DNA of 64,000 nucleotides, from the NCBI GenBank assembly GCA_038845265.1, contig JAWBQR010000002.1, forward strand, positions 1-64,000, given 5' to 3'. The position numbers and the translations under genes are program-made. Within the stretch, counting starts at the first letter, position 1, and every line of letters begins with the position of its first letter. The notes under the pieces were generated by a model. The model was not told where the DNA came from and did no database searches. It saw only the letters and a program-made list of their open reading frames with translations. This document shows, one piece after another, positions 39,150 to 48,888 of the stretch. The DNA comes from Nitrososphaerota archaeon (GTDB lineage Archaea > Thermoproteota > Nitrososphaeria_A > Caldarchaeales > Calditenuaceae).

Positions 39150-42100
39150 TTATTTTGCAAGACAAATTATTGCATAATTATCATTAATTTTCCATTCTTT
39201 AATGTATCCCATGTCTGGACTAGGGGGCTCTCTTAAGAAAGTAAGTCTCGTCCTAGTTTCTTCCTCTATGTAGTCTGTCATCTGCCTGATATAGTCACTA
39301 ACTGTTGGTGAGTCAAGATAAATCATGCATTGAGCCTCCTGTGTTATTTCGAGTTTTAGCTCTTTCCTCATTACCTGTATACGTCTTATTAATTCATTGG
39401 ATATTGATACAGCTCTCAACCTTTGATCTTCTCTTAGATCGATGTATACCTTTCCAAACTTTCCCTCTCCCATTACTAAATATTCAGGAAGACTCTCAGT
39501 AAACACTACGTCACCTTCTTCTAATTCAAAGACCGACTTATCAGGTAAGACTAGCTCATACTTCTTGCCCGACTCAAATGTGTCTGAAACTTCTCGAGGC
39601 TTTAAATTCTTTAGAGCCTCAATTACTAGTGGCAAACGTTTACCAGCCTTAGGGCCAAGTCTTGAAAGAACAGGCTCAACCTTAATGACTGTCTCCACTG
39701 GTATCTTAGATGGCTCTAATATTTCTAAAGAAAAGCAGTTTATTTGTCGCATTAGGTAATTCCTGAACTTCTCGCAAGCCTCCTTAACCCTATACGTGTT
39801 AGGAGAAATTATCACTCTTAATACTGGCCACCTTAATTTTCTTTTGCCACGCTGCCTAGCATTTAGCGATGCCGTTATGATATCTTCTACTATCTGCATC
39901 GCGTCCTCCAGTTCCTGGTCAATTAACCTATCGTCTGGCCTAGGCCATTTGTTAAAATTAACGCTTTCAGGAAGACTCTTTGACCTGAGAAGTTGATAAA
40001 GATATTCAGAGATGTATGGAGCGAATATTGAAAGTACAATTAAGTAACGTATAATAACGTAATATAGCGCAGCATATGATGCTAACTTCTGAAACGTTCG
40101 CTCCTCGGCCCAGAATCTTCTCCTCACAGCTCTTACATATGTTCTGCTAAGATCTTCCGATGCGAATTTCAAAATCGCCCTTGCAGCTTCATGAAACTCA
40201 AATCTTTCGATAGCCCCTGTTATGTATCTTATAAGTGAATTTATACGAGAAACAAGCCATCTATCTTCAGGCTCAGCATAAGGAAGCATCGCTTCTAGTC
40301 CTTCTCTCTCCGGATCATATCTGTCCAGATCGAAGTAAGTCTTGGCAAATGATACAACGTTCCAGAGTATGTTGAGTGTTGACTCTACCTGCCTGACTTC
40401 CTCAGGATCAAAGTTAATTGAGTCCCAAGGCTGAGCCTTGGAGAGTATGTAGAGCCTAAGATTATCTACACCCCACCTCTCAAAGGCCTCTGAAGCCCAT
40501 ATGACGTTTCCTCTGCTCTTTGACATCTTTTTTCCCTCCTTATCAAGAACATGTCCCTGATTAAGCACAACCTTATACGGTGCCTTCTCAAACATCAATG
40601 CAGACGTAAAAAGTAAAGTGTAAAACCAACCACGGGTCTGGTCTATCGCCTCAGTGATGAAGTCATAGGGAAAGAGACGCTCAAAGAGCTTCTTGTCAGA
40701 TAAATAATCAATACTGGCGAAATGTGCCACACCTGAGTCAAGCCAAGTATCTAGGACGAAGGGCTCTCGCTTCATCTCTCCGCCGCACTCTTTGCATCTA
40801 AAGATGAATTGATCTATCCAAGGCCTATGAAGCCTAATTACGGGTGGCTTGACGTCAGCTTGCAATAACTCTTCTTTTGAACCTACAACCTTGATGGCCC
40901 CGCACTTCTCACATGTCCAGACGTTGAGAGGTGTCCCCCAAATTTTTGTCCTAGAAATGCACCAGTCCTCAGCATTCTGCAGCCACTCCCCAAATCTACT
41001 CTCGCCGGCCCAAGGAGGATACCACTTCACCTTCGAGTTCTCTTCTATCATTATCTTCTTGATTCTATCAACTTTGAGAAACCACTGCCTACTGGATAGG
41101 TAGATGAGTGGCGTGCCGCATCTCCAGCAGTGGGGATAGCTATGTATGATTCTATCCTCATGAAATAGTAGTCCTTTACTTCTCAAGATATCGAGTATGA
41201 TTATTGATGCTTCTTTGTGGTATAGATCCTTAAGGTTGCCTGCCTCTTGCGTGAAGTATCCTGACTGATTTATTGGGCATAGGACTGGAAGTCCATATAT
41301 CCGGCCAAGCTCGAAGTCCTCGGGCCCATGTCCAGGCGCTATATGTACTAGCCCAGTCCCTTCTTCCATCGATACGAATTCTGCCGGAAGAACAGTGTGT
41401 GCTGGCTCGAGATGTGTACCATGTATTGATACCTCCTCAGCGAGTGGATGAATATATCTTAGGCCGACCAGTTCATCTCCTGAAAGTCTTCTAACTATTT
41501 GGTAATTCTTCCCAGTTATTGTAGTAACTTTTTCGAGGAGCTTTGCAGCTACGATTAGCCGCTCTCCATCGATGAGGACTTCAAGGTATTCTTCGTCTGG
41601 GTGGACGGCGACAGCTTCATTTGCGGGTAGGGTCCATGGAGTTGTTGTCCAGACAAGTAGGCTTGCATCACGGTCAGCCAGCTTGAACTTAACGTATATG
41701 GAGTAGTCTTCGATTTCTTCGTATCCTTGGGCGAGTTCGTGGGATGATAGTGGTGTCTCGCAGCGTGGGCATACCGGTACTACCTTGTAGCTTAGGGTTA
41801 GGTCGCCTTCTTGGTATGCTTTTTTGAGGAGGTGCCAGACGTGTTCCATGTATCTTTCTTTTCTTGTTTCGTAGGCGTTGTCGTAGTCTAGCCATAGGGC
41901 GAGTCTTTCTGAGTCTTTTCTCCATTTCTCGATGTAGTAATCGACGAGTTTGTTTGCTTCTTCGACGAATTTTTCGAGTCCTATTTTTTCTTCTATGTCT
42001 CGTTTTGTGAGTTTTTGGGTGCCGAGTTGTTCCATTAGTCTTTTTTCTACTTCTATCTCTGTTGGGAGTCCTTGGCAGTCCCATCCTGCTCTTCTCCAGA

Positions 42101-42332
42101 CGTTCATTCCTTTGAGGGTTTGGTATCTGAGTACGAGGTCTTTGTAGATTCGTCCTCGGGCGTGTCCTATGTGCATGTAGCCGTTTACTGTTGGTGGGCC
42201 TTCTAGGAATGCGTATGTTGGTCCGTTGGGGTTCATTTGGCGGAATCGTTCTGGTATTTTGTTTTCTTTCCAGAATTTTTCTACTTCTGTTTCTACGTGT
42301 TTGTGGTTGTATGTTGGTGGTAGGGCGTACAT
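39150..42332 (-). CDS. ileS: Isoleucine--tRNA ligase
   Basis: GPP..HIGH, WTTTPWTLP, DQTRGWFY, KMSKS. Confidence 0.98.
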   Translation of the reverse strand: MYALPPTYNHKHVETEVEKFWKENKIPERFRQMNPNGPTYAFLEGPPTVNGYMHIGHARGRIYKDLVLRYQTLKGMNVWRRAGWDCQGLPTEIEVEKRLMEQLGTQKLTKRDIEEKIGLEKFVEEANKLVDYYIEKWRKDSERLALWLDYDNAYETRKERYMEHVWHLLKKAYQEGDLTLSYKVVPVCPRCETPLSSHELAQGYEEIEDYSIYVKFKLADRDASLLVWTTTPWTLPANEAVAVHPDEEYLEVLIDGERLIVAAKLLEKVTTITGKNYQIVRRLSGDELVGLRYIHPLAEEVSIHGTHLEPAHTVLPAEFVSMEEGTGLVHIAPGHGPEDFELGRIYGLPVLCPINQSGYFTQEAGNLKDLYHKEASIIILDILRSKGLLFHEDRIIHSYPHCWRCGTPLIYLSSRQWFLKVDRIKKIMIEENSKVKWYPPWAGESRFGEWLQNAEDWCISRTKIWGTPLNVWTCEKCGAIKVVGSKEELLQADVKPPVIRLHRPWIDQFIFRCKECGGEMKREPFVLDTWLDSGVAHFASIDYLSDKKLFERLFPYDFITEAIDQTRGWFYTLLFTSALMFEKAPYKVVLNQGHVLDKEGKKMSKSRGNVIWASEAFERWGVDNLRLYILSKAQPWDSINFDPEEVRQVESTLNILWNVVSFAKTYFDLDRYDPEREGLEAMLPYAEPEDRWLVSRINSLIRYITGAIERFEFHEAARAILKFASEDLSRTYVRAVRRRFWAEERTFQKLASYAALYYVIIRYLIVLSIFAPYISEYLYQLLRSKSLPESVNFNKWPRPDDRLIDQELEDAMQIVEDIITASLNARQRGKRKLRWPVLRVIISPNTYRVKEACEKFRNYLMRQINCFSLEILEPSKIPVETVIKVEPVLSRLGPKAGKRLPLVIEALKNLKPREVSDTFESGKKYELVLPDKSVFELEEGDVVFTESLPEYLVMGEGKFGKVYIDLREDQRLRAVSISNELIRRIQVMRKELKLEITQEAQCMIYLDSPTVSDYIRQMTDYIEEETRTRLTFLREPPSPDMGYIKEWKINDNYAIICLAK

Positions 42333-42434
42333 TTTTTGCTATTTTTCTTTTTATGGTCTGCGTATTTTAGGGTTTTTTGTGGTTTAGGAGGTGGGTGCTA
42401 GAGGGTTAAATGTGGGGTTTGTTTGGTTTTGTTT

Positions 42435-43220
42435 ATGGTTGTTGTGGGGGTTATTGGGGGTTCTGGTGTTTATAGTGTTGATATGCTGAGCGGTGTGCGG
42501 CAGGAGAAGGTTTTTACGCCTTTTGGTGCTCCGAGCTCTTTGTTGACGGTGGGTGAGTTTGGTGGTCGTCGTGTTGTTTTTCTTCCTCGGCATGGTGTTG
42601 GGCATTCTGTTCCGCCTCATATGATTAATTATCGGGCGAATGTCTGGGCTCTTCGTGAGCTTGGGGTCGAGCGTGTCTTGGCGCCTAGTGCTGTTGGTAG
42701 TCTGAGGGACGAGTTTAGGCCGGGTGAGCTTGTATTGCCTGACCAGTTTATTGACCGGACTTGGGGTAGGCCTGGTACGTTTTATGATGGTGGCCGTGTG
42801 GCGCATATCTCGATGGCTGATCCATTTTGTCCTGAGTTGATGGATGTTGTTTATGACGTGGCTGTGGGTCTTGGATTACCTATTCATCGTGGTGGGACTT
42901 ATGTCTGTATTCAGGGGCCGAGGTTTTCGACGAGGGCTGAGTCAAAGATGTTCCGGATGTGGGGTGGCGACATTATTGGTATGACGCTTGTGCCTGAGGT
43001 GAATCTTGCGAGGGAGGCCGGGATGTGTTACTTGACTATCGCGATGGTTACGGATTATGACTGCTGGAAGGAGGGTTGGAGAGTGACTGCTGAGGAGGTT
43101 GTGAGGACGATGGCAAGTAATGTCGAGAAAGTGCAGAAGCTTTTAGCGAAGGTGATTCCGTCTATTCCTGAGAAGCGTGGGTGTAGGTGTGGTGAATACA
43201 TTAATGAGGCTCTTCTCTGA
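42435..43220 (+). CDS. mtnP: 5'-methylthioadenosine phosphorylase
   Basis: GVIGGSG, PRHG, NYRAN, GPRFSTRAES, GMT, VTDYD; ATG at 42435. Confidence 0.95.
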   Translation: MVVVGVIGGSGVYSVDMLSGVRQEKVFTPFGAPSSLLTVGEFGGRRVVFLPRHGVGHSVPPHMINYRANVWALRELGVERVLAPSAVGSLRDEFRPGELVLPDQFIDRTWGRPGTFYDGGRVAHISMADPFCPELMDVVYDVAVGLGLPIHRGGTYVCIQGPRFSTRAESKMFRMWGGDIIGMTLVPEVNLAREAGMCYLTIAMVTDYDCWKEGWRVTAEEVVRTMASNVEKVQKLLAKVIPSIPEKRGCRCGEYINEALL

Positions 43221-43638
43221 GGAGTGTTAAGAATCTGGGATTTTCTGCAAAATTGCTTAACAATCTGGGTTCTATTCTTTATGGATTCAGCTAGGTTTTC
43301 TGCCTTGTCTTTTATGTGGGTGGACTTTTCATAACTATGGTTTTTCTTATTCCTCACCGACATAATATTATTCCAAATTGATGAATATAATCTTGCTGAC
43401 ATAATTAATTATGTCTCAGACGATTTTTATCTGGTCTCATTGTATCTTTGAATGAAGCTAATCTATAGAGTCTTCAAAGAGTATTTATTATGTCTTTAGC
43501 TTTCTGCAAGTTGAGAGGCATAATAATCGATATAGCATATTGTTCCGAATGCCACTAACTAGCGCGTAATTAAACCATTTTTAGATATACTGAAAGTTTT
43601 TATATAATTATTGATTGAAAAAACTACTATTTACGGAA

Positions 43639-44601
43639 TCATCGTGTTACATGCGTTCCTGCTTTTCCATTTATGGCATCTATTAATTGGTTTAGGTCCG
43701 CTATTATGGCTTCTTCTCCACCATTCTCGATGAATCTTACTGCCGCTATTATTTTTGGCAACATGCTTCCTTCAGCGAAGTGTCCTTCTTTAATGTATTG
43801 CTTAAGCTCCTCGACGCGTATTTTTTCGATCTTCTTTTGATTTTGCTTCCCGAAGTTGAGGTATGCTGCATCTATATCTGTCAGAATAACAAATTTGTCA
43901 GCTCTAACCAGTGAGGCGAGCCTCTCGCCTGCTAGGTCCTTGTCTATTACAGCATCAACACCCTTTAGTCCTTCATCGGTCTCAATGACTGGTATGCCGC
44001 CGCCTCCACACGCCACTACTACAAATCCAGTCTCTACTAGTCTCTTTATTGCGTCTCCCTCAATTATCTCTTTCGGGTCGGGTGATGGAACGACTCTTCT
44101 CCATCCACCTCTCGCCTTATCTTCCTTAAACACGTATTCTGGATGCTCCTTTTTTATCTCCTCCATCTCTTCTTTAGCGTAGAATGGGCCGACTGGCTTC
44201 GTTGGGTTCTTGAATGCTGGGTCTTCGCGATCTACTAGAACTCTTGTAACTACGGATACTACGCCCTTATTTATTGCTCTCTTTCTAAACTCATTTCCCA
44301 ATGCTTGTTGGATCATGTATCCAATGAATCCTTGAGTCTCAGACCCACAGACGTCCATAGGGAAGGCCGGAATCTCATAGACCTTCTTACCTGCTTCGTG
44401 TCTAAGGATAGTCGCTCCTACTTGAGGACCGTTTCCATGCGTGATAACAATCTTGTAATTCTTCTCGACTAAGTCCGCTAATATTTTTGCGGTTTTCCTG
44501 ACATTTTCATACTGTTCTTCAAAGCTGCCATCTTGTCCCCGTCTAAGAAGAGCATTACCTCCTAAAGCTATAACTACGAGTTTTTCGGTCCCACTTCTCA
44601 T
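43639..44601 (-). CDS. arcC: Carbamate kinase
   Basis: ALGGNAL, THGNGPQVG, RRVVPSP, AVIDKD, GSMLPK. Confidence 0.97.
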   Translation of the reverse strand: MRSGTEKLVVIALGGNALLRRGQDGSFEEQYENVRKTAKILADLVEKNYKIVITHGNGPQVGATILRHEAGKKVYEIPAFPMDVCGSETQGFIGYMIQQALGNEFRKRAINKGVVSVVTRVLVDREDPAFKNPTKPVGPFYAKEEMEEIKKEHPEYVFKEDKARGGWRRVVPSPDPKEIIEGDAIKRLVETGFVVVACGGGGIPVIETDEGLKGVDAVIDKDLAGERLASLVRADKFVILTDIDAAYLNFGKQNQKKIEKIRVEELKQYIKEGHFAEGSMLPKIIAAVRFIENGGEEAIIADLNQLIDAINGKAGTHVTR

Positions 44602-44715
44602 ATTGTATTACTTAAAAGTGCTGAAATTTATAACTAATGATGTGGTTTAAGTGTTGTTTTTTACTACATTTATTAAAATTTATATTATACATCAGATCAA
44701 TTTAACCGAGGCTTC

Positions 44716-45768
44716 ATGAGTGTTCCATCTTATGTCGGATCTATGAAAGGTAAGGACTTCATTAATACAAATGACTTTACACAGGAGGAGATACATGCAA
44801 TAATTAAGGCTGCCATGGATTTGAGGGAGAAGTATTGGTCAAGAGTCCCGACGAACTATCTGCAAGGAAAAACACTATTTATGCTGTTCTACAATAGGTC
44901 TCTGAGGACTAGGAATTCTTTCGAGGCAGGGATGCATCAGCTTGGAGGACACGCTCACTTCCTCAGCCCACAGGATGTATATACTCCTACCCTTCCAGAA
45001 GACATGATACCTTATCAGACTGAAGCTATAGCAGATGTGGCCCGCGTCCTAAGCAGGTATGGAGACGCCATCGCTATTAGGATTTATGGCGATGCCGCTA
45101 AATGGGTCATAGGCAGGGGAAATAGAGTGATACAGGAGTTTGCTAAGTGGAGCACTATTCCTGTATTAAACATGGAGGATGACATCTACCATCCATTTCA
45201 AGCACTAGCAGACATGATGGCGATTATGCAGGTGGCTCCAAAGCCTAAGGGAAAGAAGTTCGTCGTATCCTATGCTTATTCAGGTGGGCTTAAACCACTT
45301 GCTGTCCCTCAGAGCTGCGTCTTAATAGGGACGCAGTTTGGAATGGACGTAGTGCTGGCACATCCTCCCGGATTTGAGTTAGAAGACCATGTCATAAAGG
45401 CTGCTAAAGAGAACGCCGACAGGTATGGCGGAAGCTTCACGGTAGTAAACGACATGAAGGAGGCTTTCAGGGATGCTGACTTTGTGTATCCAAAGGCATG
45501 GTCTCCGAAGAGGTTCTTCCCACCCTACAACTCCAAGGTGGATAAGGAAGGCGCCATGGAGTATCAGAACAGATTCAAGGACTGGATCTGTACCCAGGAA
45601 TTGATGGATTTAACGAATAAGGGTAAATACATGCATTGCGGGCCTGCTGACAGAGGCCAAGAGGTCGTTGACGAAGTAATAGATAATCCTAACTACTCTC
45701 TTTACTTTGAGCAGGCTGAGAATAGGCTGCACGTCCAGAAGGCCGTAATGAGCATGGTCATGGGGTAG
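44716..45768 (+). CDS. Carbamoyltransferase, non-canonical (YgeW/AOTCase-like)
   Basis: SLRT, HPFQ, SYAYSGGLKPLAVPQS loop, HCGP instead of HCLP, QAENR. Confidence 0.85.
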   Translation: MSVPSYVGSMKGKDFINTNDFTQEEIHAIIKAAMDLREKYWSRVPTNYLQGKTLFMLFYNRSLRTRNSFEAGMHQLGGHAHFLSPQDVYTPTLPEDMIPYQTEAIADVARVLSRYGDAIAIRIYGDAAKWVIGRGNRVIQEFAKWSTIPVLNMEDDIYHPFQALADMMAIMQVAPKPKGKKFVVSYAYSGGLKPLAVPQSCVLIGTQFGMDVVLAHPPGFELEDHVIKAAKENADRYGGSFTVVNDMKEAFRDADFVYPKAWSPKRFFPPYNSKVDKEGAMEYQNRFKDWICTQELMDLTNKGKYMHCGPADRGQEVVDEVIDNPNYSLYFEQAENRLHVQKAVMSMVMG

Positions 45769-45780
45769 AGAGGTTCGGAA

Positions 45781-46827
45781 TTGCCGAGAGTAGTTGTGCC
45801 ACCTGCTGCAAAATCGATACTTGACGCGATCGGAAACACGCCGCTGGTAAGGCTCAGCAGAATACCCAGCAGTGAGGGAATCAAGAGTAACATCTGGTGC
45901 AAGCTTGAGTACTTCAACCCAAGTGGGAGTCTTAAGGACAGACCATATCGAGAGATGATACTGAACGCGATCAAGAGAGGCGACCTAAAGCCGGGAATGG
46001 AGATAATCGAAGTATCGACAGGGAACGCGGGAATAGCATGCACATTCATCGGGACCCTACTCGGCTACAAGGTGACCATAGTCATGCCTGAGGGAATGAG
46101 TGAGGAGAGGAAAAAGCTTATCAGGGGTCTCGGCGGAGAAATAATATTCACGCCTGGAGCAGAGAGCGACGTAGACCTAAGCATAGAGAAGGCTAAGAAA
46201 CTCATAGAAGAGAACCCGGGAAAATACTGGATGCCTAATCAATACGACAACCCAGACAACATTGCGGCTCACTACAGGACCACCGGGCCAGAAATCTGGA
46301 GACAGCTTAAGGGAAAGGTAGATGCATTCGTAGCCACCCAGGGAACTGGGGGAACCATAAGTGGTGTTGGGAGATACTTAAAAAAGATGAGAAAAGGTGT
46401 CAAGATTTATGCAGGCGAGCCGACCGAGGCCCCGATGCTCGCTTATGGCAAGTGGGGCTCCCATAGAATCGAGGGCATAGGAGACGGATTCGTCCCTAAA
46501 AACCTAGACCTAAGCATACTCACTGGAGTAATATTGGTAAGGTCCGACGAGGCAATAGAGATGACGAAGAGGCTGATAAGAGAGGAAGGAATATTCTGCG
46601 GAATCTCCTCCGGAGCAAACGTCGTCATGGCAATAAAGCTCGCAAAGAAGCATCCAGAACTAAAAAACATCGTAGCAATGATCAATGATAATGGATATAG
46701 ATACTTCTCTACCGCGGTCTTCGGCGTCGAGAAGGAGATCAGCATACCTGAGCGCGAACACCCAATGGACGAATACACCCGAAAACAGCTCGAGATCCAT
46801 CAGCCCAGATGGGAGATAATCGAGTAG
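45781..46827 (+). CDS. Cysteine synthase-like PLP enzyme (fold type II)
   Basis: GNTPL, PSGSLKDR, EVSTGNAG, GTGGT, IEGIG. Confidence 0.9.
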   Translation: MPRVVVPPAAKSILDAIGNTPLVRLSRIPSSEGIKSNIWCKLEYFNPSGSLKDRPYREMILNAIKRGDLKPGMEIIEVSTGNAGIACTFIGTLLGYKVTIVMPEGMSEERKKLIRGLGGEIIFTPGAESDVDLSIEKAKKLIEENPGKYWMPNQYDNPDNIAAHYRTTGPEIWRQLKGKVDAFVATQGTGGTISGVGRYLKKMRKGVKIYAGEPTEAPMLAYGKWGSHRIEGIGDGFVPKNLDLSILTGVILVRSDEAIEMTKRLIREEGIFCGISSGANVVMAIKLAKKHPELKNIVAMINDNGYRYFSTAVFGVEKEISIPEREHPMDEYTRKQLEIHQPRWEIIE

Positions 46828-46870
46828 CAATCATTTTCAACGCTTAAGACAAACCCGAGGGTAATTATTT

Positions 46871-48124
46871 ATGAACAATGAATTTCTCGAGAGGCTTATC
46901 TGCTCTAAGTGCGGAAGGGAATACTCGCCAGAGTCAAATCCACTTATGTGCATCAACAAGGATAAAGGGAGACTGGACATCGTTTACAACTACTCTGCAG
47001 TTTCTCAGAGACTGACAAGGGACGAGCTTGGAAGGAGGGAGACCAGCGGTGTCTGGCGGTACTGGGAGCTCCTACCAGTCAGCAAGGAATACGCGGTATC
47101 CCTCGGCGAAGGCAATACACCACTCATCAAGGCGGAGAGACTCGCAGAGAAGCTCAGAACCAAGAAGCTATACCTAAAAGACGAGACAAGAAACCCCTCC
47201 TCCTCATTCAAGGACAGAGCCATGACCATAGGCGTGAGCAAGGCGGTCGAGATGAGGGCAGACACCGTGGTAACCGCGTCGAGCGGAAACGCAGCCGCAG
47301 CCCTCGCTGCCTACGCTGCGAGAAGTGGATTAAGATGCGTCGCATTTGTCCCCGAAGATGTTGCCGCCGGAAAAGTATCGCAGCTACTTCTTTACGGCGC
47401 AAGGGTCTTCAGGGTCAAGCAGGTCGAGGAGGGAGTGGACCCAACTGTCCAACTAATGATCCTTACTCACGAGAAGCTAAACTGGTATACTTGCCCAAGC
47501 TTCGGGCCATTCAATCCCTACCAAGTAGAGGGACCGAAGACGATGCTATACGAGATAGTCGAGCAGCTGGGCTGGAGAATACCAGACTTCATCTTCGTAC
47601 CAACAGGGTCAGGATGCCTAATCACGGGGCTATGGAAGGCATGCATGGACCTGAAGAATATTGGACTCATGGATGAGTATCCTAGGCTAGTCTTGGTTCA
47701 GCCGACTGGAAACATGCCTCTTGTCGATGCGCTTAAGCGAGGACTCTCCTTCTCAGAGATAAGGCCCACGCCATATCCACACTCAGTTGCTTCGGGTCTC
47801 CTCGACCCCTACCCATGGGACGGAGACCTAGCCCTCGAGGCTGTTAGGAAGACTGGTGGTGCAGGCGTAGCAGTATCTGACGAGGAGATAATGAATGCCG
47901 TCAAGATGCTCGCGGGACTCGAGGGAGTCTTCGCCGAGCCCTCAGGCGCAGCGGGGCTTGCAGCCCTATTAAGGCTGCTCGACGAGGGAGTAGTTTCACC
48001 TAGTGATGAATCAGTCGTCCTAGTGACTGGGTCGGGCTTGAAGGAGCCGGAGAAGATCGTAAGGCTGTATCCTGAGACCCCGCTGATTGAGCCTAGCCTT
48101 GAGGAGGTCCTTAAGCGTATATAG
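46871..48124 (+). CDS. Threonine synthase-like PLP enzyme
   Basis: GEGNTPL, NPSSSFKDR, ASSGNA, TGSGLK. Confidence 0.88.
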   Translation: MNNEFLERLICSKCGREYSPESNPLMCINKDKGRLDIVYNYSAVSQRLTRDELGRRETSGVWRYWELLPVSKEYAVSLGEGNTPLIKAERLAEKLRTKKLYLKDETRNPSSSFKDRAMTIGVSKAVEMRADTVVTASSGNAAAALAAYAARSGLRCVAFVPEDVAAGKVSQLLLYGARVFRVKQVEEGVDPTVQLMILTHEKLNWYTCPSFGPFNPYQVEGPKTMLYEIVEQLGWRIPDFIFVPTGSGCLITGLWKACMDLKNIGLMDEYPRLVLVQPTGNMPLVDALKRGLSFSEIRPTPYPHSVASGLLDPYPWDGDLALEAVRKTGGAGVAVSDEEIMNAVKMLAGLEGVFAEPSGAAGLAALLRLLDEGVVSPSDESVVLVTGSGLKEPEKIVRLYPETPLIEPSLEEVLKRI

Positions 48125-48829
48125 TTACCACTCGCTGTGGACGAGTTTGCTGAATAAGCCTACTTTGCTAATGTTTAGTCTCATTGCGAGGATAGTCTCA
48201 GCGAGCTTTACACCGGCCTTGACGGGGTCTATTACTGGCATATCCAATTTTTTTGAAAGCTTTTCATCATAACCGGCTAGGCCAGCGCATCCAAGTATCA
48301 AGACCTCTGCGCCCCTACTTCTTGCTCTCTCTCCTGCCTCCACTAAGGGCTTTAGAACTTCTTCTTCACTCATTCTGTCTACATCGACTACTGATAATTT
48401 CATAGATTCTATTGATGCGAGCCTCTTCTCCAATCCGTACCTAAAGACCATGTTTTCCATCAGTGGGATTGCCTTTTCTGAGACGGCTAGTATCGAGTAC
48501 TTCCAGCCAAGGGCTAATGCCATTAGTATTGAGCTCTCACCTATGCCCAGTACCGGTATGTCTAGAATCTCTCTCAATGCATACATTCCTGGGTCGTCGA
48601 AACATGCTATTACTACGGCGTCAATTTTTCCTAGGCTTGGACGTATGACCTCCCTGATAATATTGATGGTTGAGGTCGCTTCATCCATGAAGGACTCTAT
48701 TGCCTCTGGCCCAGATTCAGGATTCTTCACAATTACTTCAACATCCTTAGATGCTGCCTGTCTTGCACTTTTCTCTATCATATACGTCATGTGTCGCGAT
48801 GTGTTTGGATTTACTAACAAAATTTTCAT
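48125..48829 (-). CDS. Hydantoin/allantoin racemase (Asp/Glu racemase family)
   Basis: VNPNTS, IACFDDPG, ILGCAG, PVIDP. Confidence 0.9.
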   Translation of the reverse strand: MKILLVNPNTSRHMTYMIEKSARQAASKDVEVIVKNPESGPEAIESFMDEATSTINIIREVIRPSLGKIDAVVIACFDDPGMYALREILDIPVLGIGESSILMALALGWKYSILAVSEKAIPLMENMVFRYGLEKRLASIESMKLSVVDVDRMSEEEVLKPLVEAGERARSRGAEVLILGCAGLAGYDEKLSKKLDMPVIDPVKAGVKLAETILAMRLNISKVGLFSKLVHSEW

Positions 48830-48888
48830 ATAAAAAAATTTATATCTTAGGTAAATAAATCTTTTTCGAGAATAATCAATTATGGTGA

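Noticed and set aside
41689-42806. Minus-strand ORFs 41689-42084 and 42384-42806 rich in Arg/Thr/Lys
   Set aside because: They overlap ileS and mtnP; stop codons are depleted because the minus strand is T-poor in the skewed patch
43055-43638. ORF 43055-43402 or a pseudogene in the AT-rich gap at the island's left edge
   Set aside because: Overlaps mtnP antisense and has no recognisable motif; a remnant is possible but unsupported
43639-45768. Standard arginine deiminase (arcABC) operon
   Set aside because: No deiminase in the window, the CTase lacks canonical ornithine-binding motifs (SMG, HCLP), and neighbours are hydantoin enzymes
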